A stretch of DNA of 64,000 nt from a virus (lineage: Duplodnaviria; Heunggongvirae; Uroviricota; Caudoviricetes): IMG/VR virus record IMGVR_UViG_3300033747_000014. The stretch is one strand, 5' to 3'. Shown piece by piece: positions 40,095 through 49,661 of this stretch (the stretch's first letter is position 1; each line of letters opens with the position of its first letter). Position numbers and translations under genes: made by a program. The notes under the pieces were generated by a model. That model had not been told where the DNA came from and made no database searches. It worked only from the letters and a program-made list of their open reading frames with translations.

Positions 40095-40281
40095 TTTTCG
40101 ATTACAAACATACAACAAATAAAAATACTATCCAAACAATTTAACATCTTTTAATATTTAATCTATAATTTCTTAATAATAGTTAAAATACACCTATTTT
40201 AAATTTAAAATTTGGATGGTATTGTTTTTATCTATACATTTGTAGTGTTGTTAATTATTAACCATTAAAACAAATTAAGTT
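40095..40281. promoter_or_regulatory. back-to-back Bacteroidetes-type promoters at the strand divergence point
   Basis: minus TTTGG..TATGTTTG; plus TTTGG..TACATTTG; TTAACA boxes and TTTAAATTTAAA between them. Confidence 0.8.
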
Positions 40282-40482
40282 ATGAATGAAGAATTAGATT
40301 TTTCAAAAGACCAGCATCTAATGAGTATTAGAAAAGATGGAGAGTGGCTTGGACATATTGAGATTGAAAACGGGGAACTTGTTACTAATGGATTTGTTGG
40401 TAATAATACCTATGATAATTTTGTTGAGTTGATTCGTGGCTTGCAAGGTCACGGTCTTGAATTTGATGATATATTTTTTTAA
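40282..40482 (+). CDS. hypothetical protein
   Basis: first plus-strand ORF; promoter and CATTAAAAC leader. Confidence 0.75.
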   Translation: MNEELDFSKDQHLMSIRKDGEWLGHIEIENGELVTNGFVGNNTYDNFVELIRGLQGHGLEFDDIFF

Positions 40483-40492
40483 ATTTAAAATT

Positions 40493-40681
40493 ATGAACAA
40501 AGGGGATTTTATTTATTATTACAGTAAAGAAAATGGAATGATACCTGCAAAGATAATAAAAGTGAATGATAAAACTTTTAAAATTGGTGGGGATTTTCCC
40601 AAAGGTTCTACAGTTAGAATTGTAAAAAAAGATAATTGTATTTTACAATCTGATTGGTTAAAAGAAAATGAATTGAATTAA
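40493..40681 (+). CDS. hypothetical SH3-like small protein
   Basis: start trimmed to MNKGDF. Confidence 0.7.
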   Translation: MNKGDFIYYYSKENGMIPAKIIKVNDKTFKIGGDFPKGSTVRIVKKDNCILQSDWLKENELN

Positions 40682-40763
40682 CATTTTTTAACAGAAAATA
40701 TTTGGTAGATTAAACCATAAACCCTATATTTGTATTGTTGTTAAATCATTAAAACTATTTGTT

Positions 40764-40964
40764 ATGAAAAAGATTTATTATACAATTGAAAAAGATTATG
40801 AATGTGGGTTCAAAACTATTAACCTATATTCTATTGAAAACAATGAATTAATAACTGTTGGCGATATTGAAACAAATATTGAAAATATTTCAATATCTGA
40901 GATTCAACGTTATTTAGATAATAATGGAATGGGTGATGAGGAATTTGAATTTGTTTTACTGTAA
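40764..40964 (+). CDS. hypothetical protein
   Basis: own promoter and leader. Confidence 0.75.
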   Translation: MKKIYYTIEKDYECGFKTINLYSIENNELITVGDIETNIENISISEIQRYLDNNGMGDEEFEFVLL

Positions 40965-40978
40965 TTATTAACATTTAT

Positions 40979-41022
40979 TAACACGGATAATTTGGATAAG
41001 TAAGTTATCCGTGTTATATTTG
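40979..41022 (+). promoter_or_regulatory. hairpin-embedded promoter; representative of about 12 copies
   Basis: TAACACGGATAA/TTATCCGTGTTA inverted repeat enclosing the -33 TTTG and abutting the -7 TATATTTG. Confidence 0.75.
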
Positions 41023-41054
41023 TACTATTGTTAAACCACAAAAAACTAAACATT

Positions 41055-41315
41055 ATGAGTTTTAAAGATTTTAAAATTGTAAAGCAAGGAAACAACTTCG
41101 TAGTAGTGGAAAATGAGGATCAGGTGGCCTTATTTTCTTATGATTCTTTGATTGCGGTCAAAGACTTGGGTTCTGGAGAAATAACCTTAAATGAGCGTTA
41201 CTGGAATTATTCTGCCACTACTGGAAAACACAGAAACGAATTTTTGGGTGAAGGAATTGCAGAAACCAGAAAGAAAATTAAATCTGGAGAGTATATTGTT
41301 GAGGATTTGGGTTAA
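41055..41315 (+). CDS. conserved phage hypothetical protein
   Basis: FSYDSLIA and WNYSATTGKHRNEFL motifs; start trimmed. Confidence 0.8.
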   Translation: MSFKDFKIVKQGNNFVVVENEDQVALFSYDSLIAVKDLGSGEITLNERYWNYSATTGKHRNEFLGEGIAETRKKIKSGEYIVEDLG

Positions 41316-41404
41316 TGGGTTTGTTCATTTTTGAAGGGTGTTCATGTAACGTGAACACCTTTCTTTTGTGAACAAATTTAAATTTAATTTTTTATTTAAC
41401 ATAA

Positions 41405-41483
41405 TAAAAAAAATTATATAGGTTGGAGTCCACTCTTCCTGTCACTTGTGATGACACCGCCCATCAGTCTTTCAATCTGATAG
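41405..41483 (-). ncRNA. dispersed sRNA family, copy C
   Basis: promoter (41486-93, minus); GGGCGG; TGTCA/TGACA; GGAAGAGTGGACTCCAACC; U-tract. Confidence 0.75.
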
Positions 41484-41661
41484 TACAAATATACCACATT
41501 AATTCATTCAAACCAAATTATTTAACACTTTTAACATTTGACTATTATTATCTTAATAAAAGTTAAAACTATCATTTTTTAAATTTAAAATTTGGATGGT
41601 ATTGTTTTTATCCTTACATTTGTACTGTTGTTAATTATTAATCATTAAAACTATTTGCTTT

Positions 41662-41964
41662 ATGAAAACAGTTATTAGAGACGAAAACGGAAGTGTTTCA
41701 AAGTTATACCTTTGTCATATTAAAGGATTTCCTGCTTATGGTGTAAAGGAAGAAGTGGAAACCATTATCGAAACACCAATTACTGAAGAAATGGTTGCCA
41801 AAATGAATAAAGATAAATTTATTAATTTGTCTTTGGATCACATTAACAATATTATTCACACGTGGGAATTTAAATATGAAATTCTCAAAGCAAATGGATA
41901 TAAATTTAATTTATTCTTTGATGTAGATTCTGTAATTGCATCCATGAAAAAACCAAAAGGTTAA
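41662..41964 (+). CDS. hypothetical protein
   Basis: own promoter and leader. Confidence 0.75.
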   Translation: MKTVIRDENGSVSKLYLCHIKGFPAYGVKEEVETIIETPITEEMVAKMNKDKFINLSLDHINNIIHTWEFKYEILKANGYKFNLFFDVDSVIASMKKPKG

Positions 41965-42053
41965 CATTTATTAACAGGAATAATTTGCATGGGTGAATTA
42001 TTCCTGTTACATTTGTACTAACAAAATAAGTTAAACCATTAAAACTAAATGTT

Positions 42054-42593
42054 ATGAGTACTCCAAACTTTGCGAACAGAAACGCCTCAAAATATTTCGT
42101 ATTAGAGATTGAGGATGATTTTGAATACGATATGCAGAAAGAAGATATTCAATATTATCTTTCTGAACATGGTTATGAAGAAATGGACTCCAGACCACAT
42201 GATGATAATAGAAGTTATCCTTCTGTTATTATTGCTCAAAAGAGTGTTGAAAAATATTTTGGCGATTTTAGCGTGGAAATTATTATTAATGTATTAATCC
42301 GATCAGGTTATTATGCAGGTGTAAATTTAGATTGGGAAATTGAAATAGAAACACCTTATGATAAATATAATGATGAGATTCCAGAAAAAGATTGGATTAT
42401 AGACCAATTTGAGGATGAAGGCTACTCCAGAGGGTTTGGTACTATTCAATCAAAAAACGTTCTTAATTTCATTGATAAGACTATTATTCAGCTATCAGAA
42501 GAAACTGAAGAACACCTTGGAAAATTAACAGAAACATATGTTCGTACTGCTTTATTTTCCAATGGTGAAGCAATTTATGAAAAAGTTTCATAA
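42054..42593 (+). CDS. conserved phage hypothetical acidic protein
   Basis: MSTPNF, RSGYY.G.NLD and FSNGEAIYEK motifs. Confidence 0.85.
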   Translation: MSTPNFANRNASKYFVLEIEDDFEYDMQKEDIQYYLSEHGYEEMDSRPHDDNRSYPSVIIAQKSVEKYFGDFSVEIIINVLIRSGYYAGVNLDWEIEIETPYDKYNDEIPEKDWIIDQFEDEGYSRGFGTIQSKNVLNFIDKTIIQLSEETEEHLGKLTETYVRTALFSNGEAIYEKVS

Positions 42594-42611
42594 TTCCATA
42601 ATTTTAAATTT

Positions 42612-42648
42612 AAAAAATCCTTTGTTATTAATTTAGCAAAGGATTTTT
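42612..42648 (+). terminator. intrinsic terminator
   Basis: AAAAAATCCTTTG/CAAAGGATTTTTT. Confidence 0.8.
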
Positions 42649-42751
42649 TGTTAATAAAAGTTAAAAGAGTTATTTTTTAAATTTAAAATTTGGATGGTAT
42701 TGTTTTTATCCTTACATTTGTAGTGTTGTTAATCATTAAAACAAAACAGAT

Positions 42752-43009
42752 ATGAAAATGAGCGACATTAGAACAGAAAATAAATTTAATCTTGTGGATC
42801 GTTTTAACAATGATGAAGGATTATATTCACTTCTCTTTATTAATTCTTATGAAGGGAGTTTTAGTGAAGTTGAAAAAGAAGTGAGAAAAATGTTTGTTTG
42901 CACAGATGAACAAATGGAATTTTTAAATTTAAATTTTCATTTCCCTTCTTTTACAAAGGAGGAACTTGTTGAATATAGTCAGAAAGAACTTGAAGAATTT
43001 CCATTTTAA
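42752..43009 (+). CDS. hypothetical protein, paralog of 43663
   Basis: F.NDEGLYS and F.CT..Q motifs. Confidence 0.75.
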   Translation: MKMSDIRTENKFNLVDRFNNDEGLYSLLFINSYEGSFSEVEKEVRKMFVCTDEQMEFLNLNFHFPSFTKEELVEYSQKELEEFPF

Positions 43010-43020
43010 CATTTAAAATT

Positions 43021-43233
43021 ATGAGTATGTGGGAAAAAGCATATAAGAACACGAAAAAGATTAAGAATAATTATTTTGGTTTTGATCGAGTATGTGGTGC
43101 TTGTGGTGTTAAAACCGATATAAAGCAAAATAATAAACCAGAAAGACAAGTTTTGGGCAATTCTATTGAAACCATTGTCTATTGTTCTGCTTGTAACAAT
43201 CCATTTGTAACAAGTCATCTTTATGGTTCTTAA
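43021..43233 (+). CDS. Zn-ribbon hypothetical protein
   Basis: CGAC...CSAC. Confidence 0.7.
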   Translation: MSMWEKAYKNTKKIKNNYFGFDRVCGACGVKTDIKQNNKPERQVLGNSIETIVYCSACNNPFVTSHLYGS

Positions 43234-43332
43234 ATTAATTAACAATTATTAACAGGAATAATTTGCATGGGTGAATTATTCTTGTTACATTTGTACTAAC
43301 AAAATAAGTTAAACCATTAAAACTATTTGATT

Positions 43333-43569
43333 ATGGATATTGTTAATGTAATTGTTTCAGAAAAACCAACAGGTTTCATTTTATCAATTGATTCTTTTAT
43401 TGTTCATGAAGAGCAATTAAAAGATGATGTAATCGCTGAAGCTGAAAAGCGATACGTTAATTTGTGCATTGAAAATGATATTGATGAGGTTGTTGCTGAA
43501 GAATCAATCGAAGAGGGTTGCATTGAAAACACTGAACGTCTCATATCAATTATCTGGTCATACGACTAA
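43333..43569 (+). CDS. hypothetical acidic protein
   Basis: hairpin promoter and leader. Confidence 0.7.
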   Translation: MDIVNVIVSEKPTGFILSIDSFIVHEEQLKDDVIAEAEKRYVNLCIENDIDEVVAEESIEEGCIENTERLISIIWSYD

Positions 43570-43662
43570 TTAACATTTTTTAACAGGAATAATTTGGTTA
43601 ATTAAGTTATTCCTGTTATATTTGTACTAACAAAATAAGTTAAACCAATAAAACTATTTGAG

Positions 43663-43860
43663 ATGAGAAACGACATTAGACATTATTCAGACGAAGAACT
43701 TTCAATCAATTTTATGAATGATGAAGGATTATATTCAATCCTTCAAAATGCAAGTTCTTTTGATGAGATTAAAGAACTTGCAGATGAGTTGTTCATTTGC
43801 ACCTTGGATCAGTTGGATAACCTAAAAGAAACTTGGGAGGAAGAACAAGAAGAAGAATAA
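43663..43860 (+). CDS. hypothetical acidic protein, paralog of 42752
   Basis: hairpin promoter; FMNDEGLYS. Confidence 0.75.
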   Translation: MRNDIRHYSDEELSINFMNDEGLYSILQNASSFDEIKELADELFICTLDQLDNLKETWEEEQEEE

Positions 43861-43992
43861 TTTTTAAATTTAAAGTTTATGGTTCAACCTTGTGGATGAT
43901 AGCATGAAGAAGCAAGGGGAGTTCTCCAGCAACACTTCAAAGTTTGCTTAAAACTAATAACTTTATTTAAATTTATTTTTTATTTAACATAA

Positions 43993-44064
43993 TAAAAAAA
44001 ATTATATAGGTTGGAGTCCACTCTTCCTGCTACTTTTGATAGCAACGCCCACCCAAATCGGTAA
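43993..44064 (-). ncRNA. dispersed sRNA family, copy D
   Basis: promoter (44067-74, minus); GGGCGT; TGCTA/TAGCA; GGAAGAGTGGACTCCAACC; U-tract. Confidence 0.75.
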
Positions 44065-44241
44065 TACAAATATAAGAATAGTATTCATTCTAACCAAACA
44101 ATTTAACACTTTTAACATTTGACTATCATTATCTTAATAAAAGTTAAAAGAGAAAATTTTCCACTTTAAAATTTGGAGGGTATTGTTTTTATCCTTACAT
44201 TTGTACTGTTGTTAATTATTAATCATTAAAACATATTAATT

Positions 44242-44838
44242 ATGACTATTTCAGTAGAAGACAGATTCCAGACAATCCTTTCAGCAATTGAAAACACTAA
44301 TTCAATCTATGATGAGATTGAAATTGTTTCAGAGTATGGTGATCATGGTTATGACCTTGAAGAAGGAAAAAAAGCTATTCTTTTGAGTAATTGGAATGTA
44401 TTCGATAAATTTCCAAACATCATGGAATTCCTTGAAGAAAATTTTGAATTGGAATGGTCTGATGAGTGGGTGGTGGATTACACGAATGACCGTTGTTTTA
44501 GGTCTTCACCTGATTCTTATGGGTGGCAACCCCAATTTGTCATTTTAGACGGTGAAGTAATGGGTGTGGATGAGTTGAATGAAATGGATGAGGATGACTT
44601 CATTGAATTCTTAGAAAAAGAGGATTATTTAAACAATCCCAAAAATGCAATCAATTTATACGGTTTTGAGCCTAAAGGTGAAGGAATTGATGAGGATGAT
44701 TATTTGATGTTTGAACGTGGATGCGATCCATCAAAGATGCTTGAGGAAGCACTAGAAAAATATCCCGAAAAGAATTTTTATTTTGTTGTGGATTCAGTTG
44801 CACAATTTGGGTTAAATTTTAGCTTGTATATGCTGTAG
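44242..44838 (+). CDS. conserved phage hypothetical acidic protein
   Basis: EWSDEW and RSSPDSYGWQP motifs. Confidence 0.85.
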   Translation: MTISVEDRFQTILSAIENTNSIYDEIEIVSEYGDHGYDLEEGKKAILLSNWNVFDKFPNIMEFLEENFELEWSDEWVVDYTNDRCFRSSPDSYGWQPQFVILDGEVMGVDELNEMDEDDFIEFLEKEDYLNNPKNAINLYGFEPKGEGIDEDDYLMFERGCDPSKMLEEALEKYPEKNFYFVVDSVAQFGLNFSLYML

Positions 44839-45169
44839 CTTAATGGTTTGTTTTGTAACAGGTATGGATTTATTTTCATACCTGTTTTTTAAATTAAAAA
44901 CACTATGAGAAATTTTAAATTTAAAAAGCAATTAAGAAAGATCTTTTTATGGATTGCTTATTTGTCTGCAATATTGATTCTGGTATTGCTTAGTACCTAT
45001 CAAAAAGAATATTTAAATTTATTTTTGATTTTATTTTTTGGTGTTTGTTTACCCTCATATCTAATAAGTATTATTTTGGATTAACGTTTATTAACTAAAA
45101 TTATTTGGTGGTTACTTCAATAAACACTATATTTGTTATTAGTAATTAACCATTAAAAATATTTGAGTT

Positions 45170-45439
45170 ATGAAAGTATTTAATAGTCTTACAGAATATG
45201 AGAAACAAGCTAGAATAAACGATATTATTGTTTTAGGAGGTAAAGGTCTTATGGATGGGATTAAGTCATTAGGAAGTAAGCACGATACTTTAAAAGTATC
45301 TGGATTTAAAATTGATGGTAGTGTTCTTATTAAAAAATATAGGGGGAGAACAAATTTTGTTGTTGGTGCAGGTTCTTATGATCAAGAAGTTGCTTTACTA
45401 ACAAAAAAAGAATTTAATGATTTACCTGTTTTGTATTAA
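45170..45439 (+). CDS. hypothetical protein
   Basis: own promoter and leader. Confidence 0.75.
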   Translation: MKVFNSLTEYEKQARINDIIVLGGKGLMDGIKSLGSKHDTLKVSGFKIDGSVLIKKYRGRTNFVVGAGSYDQEVALLTKKEFNDLPVLY

Positions 45440-45459
45440 TAATTAAAAATATTTGAGTT

Positions 45460-45828
45460 ATGGAATTTCTATTCAATGAGAAAACTTATACTAAAGAACA
45501 AATAAAAGCAATAAATAAATTTAAAAGTTGCTTTAGGATTTTCTTTGAGGGTTGTACTTATGAATATATTGAACAGATTTATGAAACACATATTCCTATT
45601 AGGAATTTTGAAATTACAAATTTAACTTTTGATTTTCCTAAAAATGATATGATTGTTACTATTAGATTGGAAAATCCGGGGATTCTAATCGGTAAAGGAG
45701 GGGGAACAATTGATTCATTGAAGGAATATATTACAGATGTTTTCAATGGTCAATTTAAAAATGTTGAATTAAATATTGTTGAAAGTAAACTTTGGAGACA
45801 AACATTTATTCCTGAATTAGAGTATTAA
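45460..45828 (+). CDS. KH type-II RNA-binding protein (ribosomal S3 N-domain-like)
   Basis: VTIRLENPGILIGKGGGTIDSLK..VELNIVES matches the S3 KH pattern with a GxxG loop. Confidence 0.75.
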   Translation: MEFLFNEKTYTKEQIKAINKFKSCFRIFFEGCTYEYIEQIYETHIPIRNFEITNLTFDFPKNDMIVTIRLENPGILIGKGGGTIDSLKEYITDVFNGQFKNVELNIVESKLWRQTFIPELEY

Positions 45829-45851
45829 TTTTAAATTTAAAAAATAATACC

Positions 45852-46109
45852 ATGACAAGCGAACATTTTTTATTAGGTACATTAAAGTGCATACAACAGG
45901 GTTTATTTGATGATGTTCATGATATGAGGGTGAATGCTTCACTTGTTATTAGAAACGTAAAGAAACCACCTGTAAAGAACAAATTTTATGGTGTGTATAT
46001 GTTTCTATTTTCTTTAAGTAATGGATATTATTCAAAATACAACCATATAAAGAGTTTATCTCATAAAACTCTAAAGGATTTTTACAGACAAAAATATTCC
46101 AGAGTTTAA
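45852..46109 (+). CDS. hypothetical basic protein
   Basis: co-oriented ORF. Confidence 0.6.
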   Translation: MTSEHFLLGTLKCIQQGLFDDVHDMRVNASLVIRNVKKPPVKNKFYGVYMFLFSLSNGYYSKYNHIKSLSHKTLKDFYRQKYSRV

Positions 46110-46190
46110 CATTTATTAACAGGAATAATTTGCATAGGTTGATTATTCCTGTTATATTTGTATTGTTATTAATCATTAAAACTAAAAGAT

Positions 46191-46427
46191 ATGAAAAACG
46201 AACCTTGGGATTTAGTTGAAAAGTATTATCCAAATTATTATGGGTGTGATTTGATTGCAAGAAATTCAGATTTAAGCAAATTAATGCAAAAAGATTATGA
46301 AGTTGGATCTGAAGCTGAATATCTTTTACACACAGAATTCAACGGAATTCTAAACAATCAAAAAATTGAATTGGAATACTATAAAACATTATCAGAAATA
46401 TTTGAAAAAACATTATCAAATATTTAA
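46191..46427 (+). CDS. hypothetical protein
   Basis: hairpin promoter and leader. Confidence 0.75.
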   Translation: MKNEPWDLVEKYYPNYYGCDLIARNSDLSKLMQKDYEVGSEAEYLLHTEFNGILNNQKIELEYYKTLSEIFEKTLSNI

Positions 46428-46440
46428 GTTTTATTAACTA

Positions 46441-46477
46441 AATTCCCTATCTATTTATTTGGATAGGGAATTTTTTT
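46441..46477 (+). terminator. intrinsic terminator
   Basis: AATTCCCTATC/GATAGGGAATT followed by a T-tract. Confidence 0.8.
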
Positions 46478-46512
46478 GCCTTATATTTGTATAAACTTTA
46501 AAACTTAAAACT

Positions 46513-46728
46513 ATGTACCAGAAACTAACAAATATCGACAAAGCATTTAATGACTGGAGAAAGGAATACGAAACAAAAGTAATCCTTTGCAACTATCCAG
46601 ACAGCAATAATATAAATTTAGAAATGTTGGATGGATTAAATAATGTTGAAAAACTTGAATTGCTTAATAGAATAAATGACTATAAGCATGAGAGAGCCAA
46701 AGATTTTAAATTTATCTCTATGAATTAA
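46513..46728 (+). CDS. hypothetical protein
   Basis: co-oriented ORF. Confidence 0.65.
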   Translation: MYQKLTNIDKAFNDWRKEYETKVILCNYPDSNNINLEMLDGLNNVEKLELLNRINDYKHERAKDFKFISMN

Positions 46729-47063
46729 ATTAAGATCTTTTAACAGAAATAATTTGCACCGTATAAATAAAAACATCATAAATATAATGAAATATTTTGA
46801 AAAAATAATGAAAAACTCTTGTTTATATTGAATAATTATTTTATATTTGTGTTCAAATAACGATAACCAAGTTATTTAAATTAATGATTAAAATAGGGTT
46901 GAGTTCACCCGAATTAACGCTTCAGGAGAGAATAACATTAGTTAGCTCGTAGAATGAAGAATAAAATGTAATTTCGTGGATTTTCATGTTATTACAGAAC
47001 TATAAATAAAAGACTTATATTTGTAATAATAAAATTAGTTAATCATTAAAAATTTTAAATGTA

Positions 47064-47384
47064 ATGGAACCAATTAAAGCAACAGGTGTGGCTTACAAAT
47101 GTGGAAACCTGTTTTTTGAATTCAACCAAAACAATATCGGTGTTTCCGATTTGATTAAAGGGTTGAGAGAAGCTGAAGAAGTAATTAGAAAAAAACACCC
47201 AGAAGTTGAGAATGGGGATTTGTGGTTTAATTTTGGTGAGGATGACACAACAGTAACCACAATTAATGATCTGAAACATGATTTAAATTTATCGCATTCA
47301 GATCCAAACAGAATGTTTATTGAAGAAAAAATCGGGATGACTGTAGATGACCCGAATTGTATTTTACAAGTCTTTTATTCGTAG
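47064..47384 (+). CDS. hypothetical protein
   Basis: followed by a terminator at 47404-47438. Confidence 0.75.
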   Translation: MEPIKATGVAYKCGNLFFEFNQNNIGVSDLIKGLREAEEVIRKKHPEVENGDLWFNFGEDDTTVTTINDLKHDLNLSHSDPNRMFIEEKIGMTVDDPNCILQVFYS

Positions 47385-47522
47385 TTTTTAGTTTTGATGG
47401 TTGAAAATCCTTCATGTTTTATACATGGAGGATTTTTTTATTTAACAATTATTAACAAAAATAATTTGTTTGTATTGTTTTTATTTATTACATTTGTTAT
47501 ACAAAATTAAAACAAAAATAAA

Positions 47523-47777
47523 ATGAAAAAACCTTACATTACTAAAACAGTGAATAATACATTTGCAATTTTCATTCCTTATGAATGGATTGAAACCATT
47601 AATGCTACGCAATGGACTAGCATTATCATTGCGATGGAATCATGGGCAATATGGAAAAAGAATATTGAGCCTAATTATACTGGATGGGAATTTTCAAATG
47701 AATTAACACCTGAATCAATACAACACGCTTTTAAAAGATGTTCAGGTGAAACTGCAGAAATTATTCTCCCAAACTAA
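47523..47777 (+). CDS. hypothetical protein
   Basis: own promoter. Confidence 0.7.
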   Translation: MKKPYITKTVNNTFAIFIPYEWIETINATQWTSIIIAMESWAIWKKNIEPNYTGWEFSNELTPESIQHAFKRCSGETAEIILPN

Positions 47778-47787
47778 ATTTAAAATT

Positions 47788-48018
47788 ATGAGAACTTTTA
47801 AAGTGTTTTCTTTCATTAATAGAGAATATGTGGATAAAACATTTTTTTCTCTTATTGGTGTTAAAAAATATATTGAGAATGATTTGTATTTTTTTGATTC
47901 AAATAATTATGGTGTTTATGAATATGTAAACAATAAAATTGAATCGTATTGTAGTGCTAAACATATTTTCAATTCAGAAAATTTAAATTTAACTGAATCA
48001 ATAAAAGATTTAGTTTAA
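47788..48018 (+). CDS. hypothetical protein
   Basis: start trimmed to MRTFKV. Confidence 0.65.
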   Translation: MRTFKVFSFINREYVDKTFFSLIGVKKYIENDLYFFDSNNYGVYEYVNNKIESYCSAKHIFNSENLNLTESIKDLV

Positions 48019-48109
48019 CATTTATTAACAGAAATAATTTGCATGAGTGGATTACTTCAGTTATATTTGTACTAACAAAATAAGTTGTTAACCATTAAAA
48101 CAAACAGTT

Positions 48110-48382
48110 ATGTTTAAAGAATTCAAAGTTGTTGCAGTTTCAGAGAATACTAATTCATTTGGATTGAGAGGTTTCATTGCAGTAGCCAGAGATGGTGATG
48201 CTTTTCAAGCTGCAGCCAACAGTATTAACATTCCACAAAAAGATGCTATTTTGAGAATGCCGTTTTTAAAAGATATTGACGGGAAACCAACAAAAAAAAT
48301 CAATTATGTGGTTGGTGGTTATGAAATTCCTGAAAAATTGGATAATTGCCCTGCTGATGCAGTAAAAGAAATCTGGAGTTAA
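48110..48382 (+). CDS. hypothetical protein
   Basis: VSENTNSFGL motif; hairpin promoter. Confidence 0.75.
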   Translation: MFKEFKVVAVSENTNSFGLRGFIAVARDGDAFQAAANSINIPQKDAILRMPFLKDIDGKPTKKINYVVGGYEIPEKLDNCPADAVKEIWS

Positions 48383-48477
48383 TTAACATTTATTAACACG
48401 GATAATTTGGATAAATAAGTTATCCGTGTTATATTTGTATTAACAAAATAAGTTATTAACCATTAAAACTAAAAGCA

Positions 48478-48711
48478 ATGAACTACGAAGATTTAACTTA
48501 CAAAGTTGTTTGGAATGGCAAACAAGCTACAGAAGATGTTGGTGACAAATTTGAATTTGAATTTTCACCTTTTAAAGAGGGTTTTTCAGAAGAAGAATGG
48601 AATGAGATGGGAACTCTTGAGAAAGATTGCATCATTGAAGAAGAAGTAAAAGAAGAATTTTATTCAAAGTATTGGTTTTCTTTTCAATATAAGGAAAATG
48701 AAAACGTATAA
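48478..48711 (+). CDS. hypothetical acidic protein
   Basis: hairpin promoter and leader. Confidence 0.75.
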   Translation: MNYEDLTYKVVWNGKQATEDVGDKFEFEFSPFKEGFSEEEWNEMGTLEKDCIIEEEVKEEFYSKYWFSFQYKENENV

Positions 48712-48728
48712 CCTTTAAATTTAAAATT

Positions 48729-48752
48729 ATGAAGTCAAGACCACCACCCTAA
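48729..48752 (+). CDS. micro-ORF MKSRPPP (arrest-peptide-like)
   Basis: ATG AAG TCA AGA CCA CCA CCC TAA after TTTAAATTTAAAATT. Confidence 0.45.
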   Translation: MKSRPPP

Positions 48753-48821
48753 AGGTGATTTGATAGATTTAATTTATATAATTTAGACTAATAATATATA
48801 ACTTTTTAAAATTAAAATAGT

Positions 48822-48848
48822 ATGATACGACCACCGCCCGATATTTAA
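48822..48848 (+). CDS. micro-ORF MIRPPPDI (arrest-peptide-like)
   Basis: ATG ATA CGA CCA CCG CCC GAT ATT TAA after a TAAAA leader. Confidence 0.45.
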   Translation: MIRPPPDI

Positions 48849-48931
48849 ATTCTAGTTTACAAAATATCTAAATATAATAATAAAATAACGGTTCAAAAAT
48901 AATAACAATTTTGATCTAAATTGAAACTACA

Positions 48932-48969
48932 AAAAGCTATCTGTTCTATAAATGCGCAGATAGCTTTTT
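48932..48969 (+). terminator. intrinsic terminator
   Basis: AAAAGCTATCTG/CAGATAGCTTTT. Confidence 0.8.
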
Positions 48970-48997
48970 AAATTTAAAATTTTTTATTTAACATAAT

Positions 48998-49067
48998 AAA
49001 AAAAATTATATAGGTTGGAGTCCACTCTTCCTCTGACTTGTGATCAGAACGCCCGTCTTAATGACAA
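48998..49067 (-). ncRNA. dispersed sRNA family, copy E
   Basis: promoter TACTTTAG (49070-77, minus); GGGCGT; TCTGA/TCAGA; GGAAGAGTGGACTCCAACC; U-tract. Confidence 0.75.
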
Positions 49068-49226
49068 TACTAAAGTACTACATTTTACCTTAACAACCAA
49101 ACAATTTAACACTTTTAACATTTGACTCTTAGTATGTTAATAAAAATTAAATGATTAGATATTATTTGCATGGTATTGTTTTTATCCTTACATTTATAGT
49201 GTTGTTAATCATTAAAACTAAAAGAT

Positions 49227-49661
49227 ATGAAAGTTAATTATGTTGATGGTGAAAGTTTTTGCAGATATAATGGTGTTCTAATGAATCCTGAGAACATGAA
49301 AAAAACCTTTGGTTTCAATGGTGAACTTGAAGAAATTGAAATTAATGATAAAACAATTATCATTATGTATGGTGATGATGATCTGATTTATGTGGATAGC
49401 GATAATATTGCAGATGCAATATATATTTATCTTTATTCTAAAAGTTATGAAACCACAAGTGTATCTTATGATAATGCCTTAGATGAAGCACATGGGTTTT
49501 CAAAAGAACATAAAAATAAAATACTTGAATTTAAACATGTAGATGAAATTCCTAATATTCGGGTATTAACCAAAGAACAAAAATCTAAATTTAAAATAGA
49601 TGAGTATTTTGAATTTTTAGATGAAATTGATTTATCAATTAATAAAATGGCAGGGAAATAA
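49227..49661 (+). CDS. hypothetical acidic protein
   Basis: own promoter and leader. Confidence 0.8.
   Translation: MKVNYVDGESFCRYNGVLMNPENMKKTFGFNGELEEIEINDKTIIIMYGDDDLIYVDSDNIADAIYIYLYSKSYETTSVSYDNALDEAHGFSKEHKNKILEFKHVDEIPNIRVLTKEQKSKFKIDEYFEFLDEIDLSINKMAGK

Noticed and set aside
46850-47000. Possible sRNA or 22-aa ORF after the promoter at 46842
   Set aside because: Only short hairpins and a single copy; insufficient support.
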